The notes beneath the pieces were generated by a model. It was given only the letters and a program-made list of their open reading frames with translations. It did no database searches and was not told where the DNA came from. A DNA stretch of 64,000 nucleotides from Octopus sinensis (lineage: Eukaryota), in contig NC_043003.1 in the NCBI RefSeq assembly GCF_006345805.1, positions 52,514,001-52,578,000 on the forward strand, read 5' to 3'. Numbering within the stretch: the stretch's first letter is position 1; the number at the start of each line of letters is the position of its first letter. A program made the translations under genes and the position numbers. This document shows, in pieces, positions 38,765 through 52,194 of the stretch.

Positions 38765-39721
38765 TGAACCTATGAACCTAACACAGAAAATACAAGATGG
38801 CTTTAATAAAAAGAAAAGAAAAGAAAAACAACACATATGCACTACTCCAACTACTATTGATATCATATCAGTATATATCTAAAACACCTATCACCTGTGA
38901 TTCACATATACACAAAATACTCAACACTTCTTGCAAATAACACACAAAACATTGTCTATCAAATTGCCAATCCTATAAAGTACAAAGATAAAAACCTCGG
39001 AAATGCAAAATGACTGGACAGCTGTAAAAGGATATGTTTTATCATTCACTGTTTTCAACTTATGACATTTTACATCTCTTCACATAAGATTTCATACACA
39101 GCTGACATCACACTCACACACTACTCCACCGTTTTCTAAGACACTCATGTACAAGTACTTAAAACTTATATGAATGACCTTAGTAACAGACTTTTAGTCG
39201 TTTGTATCAAAAACCATTGTATCCTGTTTATCAGAAACACCAGAGAGCATTAAATACAAATAACAATCACACTCAACAACAGAAACATGCTATGCGCAGA
39301 ATGTAAAAAAGTACAAGGAGTTACGTACAAATCATTGTCATCATCATCATCACTGCCACTGCTAACCCAACCACCATCACTATCATTTAACATCCATTTT
39401 CCCATGTTTGCATGGGTCAGATGGAATTTGTTGCAGGTTTTCTACAGCCAGATACCCTTTCTGTCTCCAACCCTCACCTGTTTCCAGGTGATGTAATATT
39501 CCTCTATGTCCAGACATACTTTTCATGGAGTACATATACCTTTTCTACTCTAGGCACAAGGCCCAAAATTTTTGGGGTAGGAGGGCCAGTCAATTAGATC
39601 AACACCAGCTGGTACTTAATTTATCAACCCCAAAAGGATGAAAGGCAAAGTCGACCTCGGCAGAATTTGAACTCAGAACATAAAGATAGATGCTGACGTT
39701 TCTGCCAGCTCGTCGCCTTAA

Positions 39722-40806
39722 CCCTTTCGTTACTATATTTCTGACCAAATTACACCCCTTATGTGTTTCAATTAATTTCTAACGTAATCATAAATTTAGT
39801 CTGGTTTCATTAAACAACTATAACTTTTTTATTTATCGATATATTAATCTGATTTTTGGAAGATAATTTAATGAAATATTCTCAACCAATTCTATACTAT
39901 AATTTTTGTCACAAACTGACTCTAATTGCAGGTAGATAGAGGTAAATTCCACAAAATATAAAATTATTAAAATTTTGTTCAAACATCGCTATAGAAAATG
40001 GGTTATTAGCTAATATTCAATTGGGTATACAACAAAATTTTACGATAGAATTTGTTATTCTAGGTAACTTTCTGATACCCATAATAATATTTATGGCAAA
40101 ATAGTCTTAATTTCATTTAAGGTTGTGGGAAATAACAAACTATCCTTTCTTTCGCTTTGTTTACTTTTAGCGTAATGGTTCGTTTCTGCCGTAATGATTT
40201 CAAATAGGCTCATTCGAAAAAGTAAATAGAAATAGTCTAAGGCTTTACCCTTCTGGGAAAGTCTGTGGCTTGGTCCAGTTTCTTCAGAAAAATCACCGAA
40301 AGAAACAGTTTTTAAATTTTCACTCCATTCAGGTGCCAATTCGTTTTCTTTATCGCTATCGGAGATCTCAGATTCACTGTTTTCACTTTCGGAAAATGAA
40401 ACATCAGATTCATTATCAAATACCACATGCTTTTTTTTTCAGTCATAGAGTTAGATTTATCAAGGTCTTCAGTAGAAAATCCTTCGAATTCTGACTCGCT
40501 GCTTGATATAATGAAATTCGTATCCATTTTTTGTCAGAATTACAAATTTTGAAAACACAATAGGAACAAATTTCGGAAAAAAATCTCCCAAAATTCACGG
40601 AATTAAAATTACACTTCGATTATCGTACAAAACTGTAGTTGAACTGTTTACGAAGTATAATACGTGTTTTCACGAATGTGCTGAAGAGATTTGCTCTGAT
40701 ATTCTCATTTAAATATGAATAGGTAAATTCGGGCAGCCTTGGGCGGTTTGGTCTCATAAACCAAAATTTTTTTCGGGCGGCTTTGGGCGGTTTGGTAACG
40801 AAAGGG
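39722..40806 (-). mobile_element. Non-autonomous piggyBac element (second copy)
   Basis: TTAA|CCCTTTCGTTAC...GTAACGAAAGGG|TTAA with perfect TIRs; same remnant ORF (40091-40527). Confidence 0.92.
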
Positions 40807-41423
40807 TTAATGGAGTACATATACACATACACTTTCAGTTTCCATCTACTAAATCTACTCACAAAAGCTTTTGGTCTGCCCAGGTGTTATAGAAGAAGTC
40901 ACTTGCCAATATGTAGCAGGACTGAACCCAAGACCACATGGTTGGAAAGCAACAGTCTCAACTACATAGTCATGCTCCCATTATATTTCCAGCACATATA
41001 AAGAAGCAGTAAAGAAAGCCAGACATCACACAAACATATTTGGAGTAATCACGGGTACCATGTTTGATTAACAGAAATAAATAGAAAGAATAGCATACAA
41101 ACAGTATATCAGTTCTATCATGGATTATGTCAACCTTATTTGGGTGCCCATTTATTGAACAACAAATCTTATAATAATTCTGCTTGTCACTTCGTTACTT
41201 AGCCCATTTGTAATGCTTCCATGTGACTAATTAAAGGGGGGGGGACAGGTGGTGGTGAGTGAAATGTGCAATTTGTTTTCCTTCTGCTACTTAGCCCATC
41301 TGTAACACTTTCACTTGATTAGTTGAAGGGAAAGGAGAGAGAAAAATAAGTTAAGGTGAAGAATGGGGGAGAGTGCTGCATATTATGTCTATAAAATTGT
41401 GCATAAACTATATAAAATGCATA

Positions 41424-43299
41424 CTGTAAAAACCTATGTAATTTACACAGGTGACTTTCAGGATAAAATTGTTAAAATAGCTTCTACTCGTGTAAAATTC
41501 GCACCCATAAGTTTTCAGAATTGCCGATATGGCCAAGGGAAAAAGGTTTCCAATTTAGTTATATTTAGCATAAATTCACTTACTTATGATTAGATTTTAT
41601 TAAATTTTCATTAAATAAAAATAATTTCTGTTTCTGTTTCATTTAAAGCTATCAAATTATGAAGTGTTTGTGTTGTTTATAATAAACTTTATTTTACATT
41701 TCTTGCCCACAAGAGATTATGTCTGATCTTTAGCATACTTCTGTATGTCTTCTCGAATCACGATCACAGGAAAAGTTGTTGATAATTCTTATCAACAAAA
41801 ATGAAAGCTGATAAATATGCACAAGTGTTGCAAAATAAGTTTGATTACCAATATACATCAGCTTGGATGACACTTTACTCAACCGACAGAGGAAGGTGAC
41901 CGATCAAACTGATTATGTAAACAGAATTTTGATTGGTTGGAAGTGTGTTCTTATCTCAAGCTCTGATTTTCACATGTTCTTGTCGGAACCTTTGATATGG
42001 AGTATAGAAATTTTAATCTCTTTCACACTTATGAAATGTCAAGCAAACTTTAAAATTTGTCATTACCGTTTTAGCTGGGAGACCAAACTAATAGTTTGGT
42101 AACCTGCATTAAAAATTGAAAGGAAAAAAATAAACAGTTTTGCAGGTTTAACTCAGTGTTTAGTGAACAAGAGAGGTGCGAAATTTAAGAAGCAATTTGT
42201 TGGAATCTATATGTCTGTAAGGAGACATAAACGAGAATAGCAAAAATATACCATACCAAAAGAACTGGTAATACATACATACATTACAAGTGTTCTATGA
42301 CGAGAATGTAAGATTGCTGAATAATTCAACATGAATGTGAAATGACATTAAACATCATATAAGCTAAATGAAGGTTTCTGTAGGAATGCTAAGTCATATT
42401 CACTTAGTGAGTTTACATGCACAAGGATGAATTATGATGTTGTCATCGGCATTAGATGCAGTAAGAGCTGGTAGTGGCGATGTTGGCAGTGATGAATTTC
42501 ATTGTCCTAATGCGGAGAAAGTGAGCAATAACTTCCAGGAGGCAGACGCAAGCTAGAATTCTTAAATGGAGAAAATCTGATCTAGTTAAGGAAATTATTG
42601 GGTTCCACTGGGATAGCTAGAAACTCCAAGCAATGGCCTGGACCCTGGTTACCAGCATGAATGTCAAACTTCAAAAAGTAGTTAACCATTTAAAGGTTTT
42701 AGTAAACAATTGCAGCATGGAAGGTGTTTATAAGCCATTTAAGAAACACACAAAAACCGTTAGATTCACTTCAACATTTAAATCTAATTTGCCAAAATAT
42801 TTTCATCGCTTTGAGAGCGCGACCTGTTCACTGACAAAATTCTGTGCTGCATCACAGAATGCAGCATAGAATTTTGTTAGTGAACAGGTTGTGGTCTCAA
42901 AGTGATGAAAATATTTTGGCAAATTAAATTTAAATGTTGAAGTGAATCTAACTGTTTTTGTGTGTTTCTTAAATGGCGTATAAACACCTCCCATGCTGCA
43001 ATTGTTTTTGTTCCAGCACACAATTTCAGGTTTTAGTAAATTTATACAGAAAAAGTAAGCATTATACCATCCAGCATAAATTAAAATTAACTTCATTATA
43101 TTTTTTTCTGTAAAAACCTATTCTGACATTAAATGAGTCAACTTCCCGTACAGATGTTTACATTTGTACATCATTTTTCAACAAAAAAAAATTCTTAAAA
43201 AAATTTTGGAAACTATCTACTCATGTAATCTATGCACCCACTAAAGTCTATTTTTGTTTTTGTGAAACAAAAGTGTGTAAATTACATAGGTTTTTTCGG
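41424..43299. mobile_element. pogo/Tigger-like non-autonomous DNA transposon
   Basis: TA|CTGTAAAAACCTATGTAATTTACACA ... TGTGTAAATTACATAGGTTTTTTCGG|TA terminal inverted repeats with TA flanks. The first ~690 bp recur at 55771-56465. Confidence 0.7.
42704..43027. mobile_element. Fold-back insertion (~149-bp arms, 6-nt loop, 20-nt tail) with 13-bp target-site duplication
   Basis: 42704-42852 is the reverse complement of 42859-43007. AGGTTTTAGTAAA occurs at 42694-42706 and 43028-43040. Confidence 0.85.
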
Positions 43300-44293
43300 T
43301 AAGGTGCATTAAGTAATCATTGTATTCCAATTTGCTTCACTTTTCAATGATTAGCAGATGAGTGACATCTTTTGATATAGACACAACACAGGCTATGCTT
43401 TCAGGTTTTTTAGGATAAAGTTTTCAGAAAGAATCCAATAAGTTTCTCATTAATTCTGTGAAGTATTCATGGGTCCCTGCTAATTAGTATAAATTTAAAA
43501 GAAAAAAAAAACCCAAAACAAAACACTTATGTCTGTGTGATAACAAATTTCTTTCTCAACCACATGGTTGTAGATTTTGCCCCAGTGTGTGACACCTTGA
43601 ACAAATGCTTTCTTCTATAACTCCAGGCTGACCTAAGCCTGACGTTATAGAAGGATTTAACAGATGGAAACTGAAAGAAGCCTCTCTCTATATATAATGT
43701 AGGAAGGTAGGATAAATTCCCAGCTGTTTCCTCTTGAAGCACATCTGCTTATTTCATTATTATAATCCAGTATGTAGTTGCTGTTGTCATTTTAGTATTG
43801 ATGCAAAGTACATATCAAAATAGAAAACTCTGAAAATATTGTTTATAGAGTTATTGTATAACAATCACGAATGGACCATTCTAACTTCTATCTCGATATT
43901 AGCATATTTAACAACCATTATTTTGCTCTCTCTTCTTTCCTCCACTACCAACACGACTCCTGATGACTAACTATATATAAATGCTTCATCCAAACGTAAA
44001 TGTTGTACCATTTGGTTCTCTGCCTGAAGAATTTCTAACAGGAAATCTCTTACATATTTATCTAACAAGTAAAACCTTGTAATTCCTATTCGCAAATGAA
44101 ATGTATGTAATGGTGAATAAATAATATCGAAAATATTTTCCAACTTCTTGTTTTGTTATATATGCATGTGTGTGTGTGTGCGTGCACGTGCGCATGTGTG
44201 TATGTTTGTGTTTGTCCCCTACCACAACTTGACAACTGGTGTTAGTTTGTTTCCTTCCTTATAATTTAGTGCTTCAGCAAAAAGAGACCGACA

Positions 44294-44456
44294 GGCACAG
44301 GAGTGGCTGTGTGGTAAGTAGCTTGCTTACCAACCACATGGCTCCAGGTTCAGTCCCACTGTGTGGCACCTCAGGCAAGTGTCTTCTGCTATAGCCTCGG
44401 GCCGACCAAAGACTTGTGAGTGGATTGGGTAGATGGAAACTAAAAGAAGCCCATCG

Positions 44457-44490
<34 letters not shown>

Positions 44491-44501
44491 ATACTATACT
44501 A

Positions 44502-44553
<52 letters not shown>

Positions 44554-44770
44554 GTATATGTTTGTGTGTCTGTGTTTGTTCCCCCCAACATTGCTTGACA
44601 ACCAATGCTGGTGTGTTTAAGTCCCCGTCACTTAGTGGTTCGGCAAGAGAGACCGATAGAATAAGTACTAGGCTTACAAAGAATAAGTCCTGGGGTCGAT
44701 TTGCTCGACTAAAGGCGGTGCCCCAGCATGGCCGCAGTCAAATGACTGAAACAAGTAAAAGAATAGAATA
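44294..44770 (+). mobile_element. tRNA-derived SINE, family 1 (nested in an older copy)
   Basis: Same family; long TA-rich central tract. Confidence 0.88.
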
Positions 44771-46001
44771 AGAACCAGGCTTAGAATGACTGAAACAAGT
44801 AAAATACAAATGACTTCTCACTTGACCTAAACAAGTATCAAAACAAATGCACATAGAAATAGTTGCAATACCAATAACTTTGCTGGCTCCAAACACTGAG
44901 CTGGGATACACACCACAAGTGATAAGTACAGGGGAGTAGCAACTGTTGTGCTTTGACTAAATCCATTTTGTCTGCCTCTGCAGAGACACCACCAGAAGCA
45001 AACAGATGGCGAGTCAAATAGGCAGTTACTCAAACTACTATAAACAGCAGCCAAATCTCCTTCAAAGTAGACCCTTACAAAAATGGGAGCCATATTGGAA
45101 AAATGAGGTCTAAGAGATTGAAACTTTTTAGAAAACAGCATGATAATGTTTGGAATATATAAAGGTGCATGGCTCAGTGGTTAGAACGTTGGGCTTACAA
45201 TCATGAGTTAGTAAGTTCAATTCCCAGACCAGACTGTGTGTTGTGTTCTTGAGCAAGACACTTTATTTTCAGGATGCTCCAGTTCACTCATCTGTAGAAA
45301 TGAGTTGCGATGTCATTGGTGCAAAGCTGTATTGGCCTTTGCCTTTCCCTTGGATAACATCGGTGGTGTGAAGAGGGGAGGCTGGTATGCATGGGCAACT
45401 GCTAGTCTTTCATATGCAACATTGCCCGGACTTGTGCCTTGGAGAGTAATTTTCTAGATGCAAACCCATGGTCATTCATGAATGAAGGGGAGGGGGTCTT
45501 TTTTAATGTTTGGGATGCTTTTGATTATAGGTGTGTTTGATCAGGGCTGACCTAGGGCAAAATAATAACTGGTGTACAGAAACAGAGTGGAGAGTAGAGA
45601 GAATACCTGATTAGACTGTCACACTGCTTTGATACCATTCATCACAGCATGCTGGAATGGACAGTATGGTGAGGTATGTTATACCTGAAACAATAGATCT
45701 GTAGGTTATTCTTAGTTTTTCAACCAATTGCCTTGCTTGTTTGATCAGAGATTACCCAAAGAGGTGAGGAATGGTAGCAACAATGGTAGTAAAACCGTCA
45801 CCATCACCTCCCGCCACCGCCACCACCACTGCCGCCACCACCACCACCACAAATGATGAACAACAACAATAGTTTAAAAAGTGGTTTCTCTATTTGCACA
45901 CAAATCTTTATAAAACATTTGAAGTGTATTCTTCAAACTTTATCTTAATGTAAGATGTTTAAATAACATCAAGGATATATAAAAGTTAAGATTTACTTTA
46001 C

Positions 46002-46073
46002 CTCTTACAGTTATCAATTTCAAGATCATATCTATACTTGAGCTGAAGAGCAACCATTTCAGGAGAGAGACAT
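46002..46073 (-). CDS. BRCA2: BRCA2 internal coding exon (end of helical domain)
   Basis: Minus strand TTTCAG|A TGT CTC ... AAG AG|GTAAAG, 72 nt. Encodes (R)[23 protein letters not shown](R), matching human BRCA2 [24 protein letters not shown]. Confidence 0.93.
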
Positions 46074-46120
46074 CTGAAATGTTTCATACAGAAAAGAAAT
46101 AAAAATCATTATATGGTTAA

Positions 46121-46340
46121 TCCTTTAGCATACAAACTGGCCATATCTAACCTTAATATTCTACCTGTTATATGTTCAAACCAACCAGATACAACCTCTC
46201 ACACCTACCCTATAATGTCCTTCTAAAAATAATCAATCACACCATGAAAATCTCAAAGCTATGAGATAATGCATGATTAATTGAAAGCAATGCAAATAAA
46301 CAAGCATTACATTAGACAGAATAATCTGAATGCTAAAGGG
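46121..46340. mobile_element. piggyBac-type MITE
   Basis: TTAA|TCCTTTAGCAT...ATGCTAAAGGG|TTAA; lies ~45 bp from a BRCA2 acceptor site. Confidence 0.75.
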
Positions 46341-46671
46341 TTAAACAATGTTTATTTATTTATTGTTTGATATTTCATGTATTGGACAAAAACATTGTAT
46401 TTGCAATTTTACAATTCAGCACTCAGATAGGCCAAAATAATTTCTTTTATAAATATGTGCTTGTTTAGACATGTTGCTTACTACCTGAAAAGTAAAAGAT
46501 TATACAATACAGAAAACCTGTTTTGATAGTTAAACATGATAAAATGTATTAAGCCATGCTGTACAATACTTTGTGTTAGGTATGGTATCCAGCTGTAAAA
46601 AAAAAAAACATGTTGAAAAGGCAAGAATGAATCAAGTCTTCATAGAGTAGAACGGACTCTTTAGTTTTACA

Positions 46672-47188
46672 GGAGGGTATGGCTTGGTCAGCCTGTAATG
46701 ACATGCATAAGATCTGGTCATCAAATCTAAGTAGAGACTTCAAACTTGAAATCTTCAAAGCCACAGTCAAACCAATTCTACTATATGGCTCAGAAACCTG
46801 GACGTTATCAAAGAAGCTTGAGAGGAGGTTGGATGGAACCTACACTCGCCTCCTTATGAGAGCTCAAAATCTCTCGTGGAAGCGCCATCCAACCAAAATG
46901 GAAATATATGGGAAACTACCACCTGTGTCATCTCTTGTGAAAGGTAGGAGAGTCCAGTTTGCTGGACATTGTTGCAGAGCTGAAAAAGAGGTAATTTCTA
47001 CTCTCCTCCTCTGGGAGCCATCTACTCGCAATGCCAGAGGGCGCACACTCTCCTACCCTGATGTAATCTCCAGGGATACAGGCATCCAGCAACAGGACCT
47101 CCGTAATGCCATGATGGACCGTGAAGTCTGGCGTAGCATGGTAAATTCCATTGTCTTGACCATGGTCGAACAATGATGATGATGATGA
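46672..47188 (+). mobile_element. 5'-truncated RTE-like LINE 3' end
   Basis: ORF reads ILLYGSETWTL...RRVQFAGHC...DREVWR, followed by a (TGA)n tail. Confidence 0.88.
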
Positions 47189-48209
47189 AGTCAGTGGTAT
47201 AATGAAATGATCCAGTCTGAACTGTAATGTGCTTGGTGTTAGGGAGAGCCCCTTTTTCTTTGGATATGTTTATGTTTGTTTGTATGTATGCATGCATCAC
47301 ACATATGTACATTTGTTCATTTTATTTATATATTAATTGGAATTCTTCCAAGAAAGAAGGGGTTCATTTCTGATAAGGAAACAGAAGCTTCATCACTGAA
47401 ATTTGGACAATAACAATGCCAACTGTCACACAATAAAACTTTAGGAAAGTCTTGTATATTTTTACTGTTCTGCTTACAAATGGTATCTGTAAAGTGAAAG
47501 TTAGTTGGTCCCTTTTTATACTTGAAAATTCTAGCGTTTCCAGATGGTCGATTAGTTACTTACTAACAGCCAAGTACACCGATAATAATTGGCATAATTA
47601 TGAATTAATAATTAGGTTAGAAGAGTTGTAGGTTTTGAAACAGTTTTTCATTAAAATTTCCTCTTCATACACTATGATTATCTTCCATTCTCCATCCCTG
47701 CCCTGCTCACTGTATTGCTACTTTCCCCATACCTCTCTTTATACCTAGGTTCTAGCCTGTCACTGCAATCCTAATTTCCACTCCCTACTTGCACCTTCTT
47801 GGCAATACCTGGCCACGTATATTATGGCCCCATACCTTGAGGGCATGCTCTGGCAATTGCCTCCATTTATCTTTCTCTTCCTTACTCTACTATCCCATCT
47901 ATGCCCTGAACCTCATTCCTTGTGAGTATACCCTGGTACTTCACCATCATCTCTCTCTCTGGCACACTTGCTGTCTTCCACTCTCTCTCTCTCTCTTTCC
48001 CTTGTGCTGGGTAACCACGTATCTTCTCTACAGCAGCACACCTGTTTATGCCCTCACTCTTGGTCACTCTCTCTCTCCCCTTTTCTTGTACTTCTGTCTG
48101 ACTAGGTAACCAAGTCTCTCCTTTACAGCAGCACACTTAATTGTCCTCTTTCTTGTTAGCTATCTCTTCCTCTCTCTCTCTCTCTCTCTTGGCTGGGTAA
48201 TTTCCCCAA

Positions 48210-48252
48210 GACACCTGAAGAAGGTTGGAGGGTATAGCAGCCGAAACGTGTT
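48210..48252 (+). ncRNA. Hammerhead relic at the end of a pyrimidine-rich Penelope-like fragment (~47690-48330)
   Basis: GACAC-CTGAAGA-A-GGTTG-GAGGGTATAG-CAGCC-GAAAC-GTGTT. Stems I and II are present, but there is no room for stem III or the cleavage triplet. Confidence 0.55.
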
Positions 48253-49449
48253 AACAACAAACAAGATGAGGACAAATATCCGTCAAATGTAAATAATGTA
48301 CATAGTTCCTCATCTCTTAAATATAGAACTCTATGAGATGTGATATGTTAAGCATGAGATGAACAGAGGCTACACTTTGTGTTAATATTATCAACATCCT
48401 CAAGTTTATGGAAACATACTCATGTGCAGGTGTGGCTGTGTGGTTAGAAGCTTGCTTCCCAACCACATGGATCCGGGTTCAGTCCCACTGCGTGATACCT
48501 TGGGCAAGTGTCTTCTACTATAGCCTTGGACTAACCAAAGCCTTGTGAGTGGATTTGGTAGATGGAAACTGGAAGGAGCCTGTTGTATATATATATGTAT
48601 ATATTTGTGTGTGTGTGTATGTGTGAGCGTTTGTGCTTGTGTTTGTCCCCCCATGCTATCACTTGACACCTGTTTAGCAAAAGAGCCCGACAGAATAAGT
48701 ACTAGGCTTACAAAGAATAAGTCTTGGGGGTCGATTTCTTCAACTAAAACTCTTTAAGGCGATGCTCCAGTATGGCCACCGTCAAATGACTGAATCAAGT
48801 AAAAGAATGAAAGAAAGCATAATGTTTTCATTATATGCAGTGTTTCTCTTCCAGGTCCTTGCTGAGATATAATAGTCTTGCATTACTGGAATCATAGGAA
48901 AAGTCATCAGGAAATGAGTTTTACTCAAGGAATTCATAGTAGATGTGTAGGATGTTACTCACTTTATGTCTTACCACTGACTCATGATCTAAGTTGGTCG
49001 ATAATATTTAGTAGGTGCTGAGTAATATCCTATGACACTTGGAGGGTGTCTGTACTAATCTTAAACCTTTTCCTCCCACTTCTCTTTTGATATAGTCTCT
49101 CAATATCACTCTTTTCTGCAGAAGTTTGCAGTTGATCTCAGAATCTTGCAGGTTTTAATGTCGGTATCTGGCGAATTTGTCAGCAACAATTCATCTACAG
49201 CAATCTACAATCACACACACAGACACACACACACACAACCACACACAGATAAATTATTATAGATGAATTGGCACATAAAAGCACCCATTACATTCTCAGA
49301 GTGGTTGGCGTTAGGAAAGGTATCCAGCCATAGAAAATCATGCCAAATCAGACTGGAGCCTGGTGCAGCCTTCCAGTGTGCCAGCCCAGTCAAACCATTC
49401 AATTTTAACCTGAGATATTAAAAGCCTTAAATAGACAAGGTATTCTCAG

Positions 49450-49488
49450 GCTGACTTGGCAATCCAGGGTGATAATTCCAATTTTTAA

Positions 49489-49554
<66 letters not shown>

Positions 49555-49880
49555 GGAAACTGATTATAGAAGAATCTCCGTTGAAACCCTTGGGCAAAGT
49601 CTACACTAAGTGTTTGGGAAAAAGATGCAGACAAATTGTAGAACCCAAGCTAACTGAAGAACAGTGTGGCTTTCATCCTGGATGCAGCATGATGAACCAA
49701 ATATTCACTCTACAGCAGGTCTTTGAGAAATCATGGGAATACTGCCAAGAGGCATACATTTGCTTTGTAGACCTTGCAAACACATATGATTGCGTGCCAC
49801 AAGACATGCATGTGTTGTATGAGTTTAGGATTAATGGGAAACTTCTGGCTGCTGCGAAGTCCTCTTATGGATACCTGGAA
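49450..49880 (+). mobile_element. LINE reverse-transcriptase fragment with an expanded (GA)n
   Basis: IIPIFK-(GA)n-...LGKVYTKCL...EEQCGFHPG...QIFTLQQVFEKSWEY...CFVDLANTYD. Confidence 0.8.
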
Positions 49881-50944
49881 ACAGATGATAGTTGGCAACA
49901 CAAAGGGCACACCACAGCAGAAATTCTGCTTCAGTAAACTCTGACCTATGCAAGCATTAAAAAGTAGATATTAAAACAATGATGGTGCATACATATACAC
50001 CATTATATCAACAAGCAAATGTACATATATGTATATAAATGTAAGTGTTAAGCTGACAACACTGAAATAAAGAATAACGTCCACTGTTTTATCAGATGGG
50101 TGTTCCTAGTTGGATAAGACTGAACAAAATATTAAAATTCAGAATAATAAACTTCATATAAAATAGAGATCTAAATGGTTAGAATAAGAAACTAGTCAAG
50201 AAAAAATCTATGTTATAGAAGAGAATGAAAACTAGAGGATGTAGATAAGTTAAGAACTGATAACCTTGAAGTGTGCGTATGAGCATGTGTGGTTTAACAG
50301 TTTGAAAGACAGTTTAATGAAAGCAGCACAAGAATGTAGACTATGTATGTCTATACGAGTGTTACAAATCACATACCCACAAGCAAATTAAATGGGCTAA
50401 CGGACATGGGTATTAGGAGGTTATACTTTGATGGAATACAAAGGAATTAGAGTATAGGAGTGATCACAGAAAAAACAAAGCATTAGAGAAAGTAGTTAAA
50501 AAGTAAGGAAAAAGTATTAGCAAGATAGATATGAGTCAGTAAATAAATGAATAACTACAAGTATGTGTAGATTCACATAAAGGTTAAAAGTAATTTGTAA
50601 TGTAACAGGAAAGATTAAGTAAGTATCAGAGCACTCAAGTGAAAATTTGTTTAAACATGTTATGCAGTATGTCATGCGAGTTATGGTGGTCTAGTAGTGG
50701 TAAGGTTAAGGAAAAGATAAATATCTAAATGCTTAGAATAATTTGTGTGAGCATGACAAATTCCTTTTAGTGTAAGTTACTAAAGAAATTATCTATATAT
50801 ATATAAAGGATCAGTAGGAAACAGATAAAGTATTGTGATATTATATAGGACAGTAATTTATCATCATCATCATCATCATCATCATCTAATGTCTGTTTTT
50901 CATGTGGTTTGATGGGAGCTGCCCCAGATCCCTGTCAGCTGTTT

Positions 50945-51630
50945 TGAGCTGGCAGAAACGTTAGCATGCCGGGCGAAATGCTTTAGCAGTATTTCGTCTG
51001 CCGTTACGTTCTGAGTTCAAATTCCGCCAAGGCCAACTTTGCCTTTCATCCTTTCGGGGTCGATTAAATAAGTACCAGTTATGCACTGGGGTTAATATAA
51101 TCGAATTAATCCATTTGTCTGTCCTTGTTTGTCCTTTCTGTGTTTAGCCCCTTGTGGGTTGTAAAGAAATAGGTATGGTTTCTACAGACGGGTAGTCTTC
51201 CTCACACCAATCACTTTACAGAGTGAACTGAGTGCTTTTTACATGGTACCAGCACAAGTGCTCTTTATGTGGCATCAGCATGGATGCTAATTACACGGTG
51301 CCAGCATGGGTACTTTTTATGTAAAATATGACAATGTTCAGAAATGTGCATTAGAGTAAAATATATGATGGCATAAAAGATGCATGGGAATATAAAATAC
51401 CTATTTCTTTACTACCCACAAGGGGCTAAACACAGAGGGGACGAACAAGGACAGACAAATGGATTAAGTCGATTATATGGACCCCATTTCGTAACTGGTA
51501 CTTATTTAATCGACCCCAAAAGGATGTAAGGTAAAGTCGATTTCGGCGGTATTTGAACTCGGAACGTAACGGCAGACAAAATACGGCTACGCATTTCGCC
51601 CGGCATGCTAACGTTTCTGCCAGCTCGCAT
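50945..51630. mobile_element. Inverted pair of SINE family 3 copies (50945-51172 +, 51401-51630 -)
   Basis: GAGCTGGCAGAAACGTTAGCA...GTTCTGAGTTCAAATTCCGCC...GTAAAGAAATAGGTAT and its reverse complement. More copies at ~18050, 35005, 39540, 56738 and 56965. Confidence 0.85.
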
Positions 51631-51809
51631 CACCAATTTGAGCAGTATAGGTGTAGGAGTGGCTGTGTGGTAAGTAGCTTGCTTACGAACTACATGGTTC
51701 TGGGTTCAGTCCCACTGCGTGGTACCTTGGGTAACTACTATAGCTTTGGGTCAACCAAAGCCTTGTGAGTAGATTTGGTAGACGGAAACTGAAAGAAGCC
51801 CGTCGTATG

Positions 51810-51848
<39 letters not shown>

Positions 51849-52132
51849 TCTCAACAATTGAGGGTAAAATTAATTAATTATTAATCAATTTCACCAAGTA
51901 TTCAGTATGTAAAGGGACCATTTAAGGCGAATTCAAATTATTACATTATATAAAAGGGCTTAGTAAAATAAATTACTTTGCCACATACTGAACTCATTAG
52001 AAATAGCAGCTAAAAAAATTTTTTTTTTAAACTATTTCTAATACTTAAAGAAAATCTCTCTCATATAGTGTTTGCTCAAGTCAACTCACGAAGATATGGG
52101 GGTAAAAACATTAAAAAATCACAAATGCAAAG

Positions 52133-52194
52133 GTTATTTGAGAACGTACGTTTCTAGATTAGTCAAATCGACATTTCTTTCGTCAGCTCAGAAC
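52133..52194 (-). ncRNA. Type I hammerhead ribozyme motif (identical inverted copy)
   Basis: Exact reverse complement of 52523-52584. Confidence 0.75.

Noticed and set aside
42633-43096. Two similar convergent ORFs suggesting a gene pair
   Set aside because: They are the two arms of the fold-back repeat.
43960-44050. CTGATGA and CTGAAGA motifs as hammerheads
   Set aside because: No consistent stem II plus GAAA plus UH arrangement could be built.
48836-48914. Minus-strand CTGATGA-CTTTTCC...GGAAGA-GAAA-CACTG-CA
   Set aside because: Stem II is plausible, but U16.1 and stem I are missing; too weak to call.
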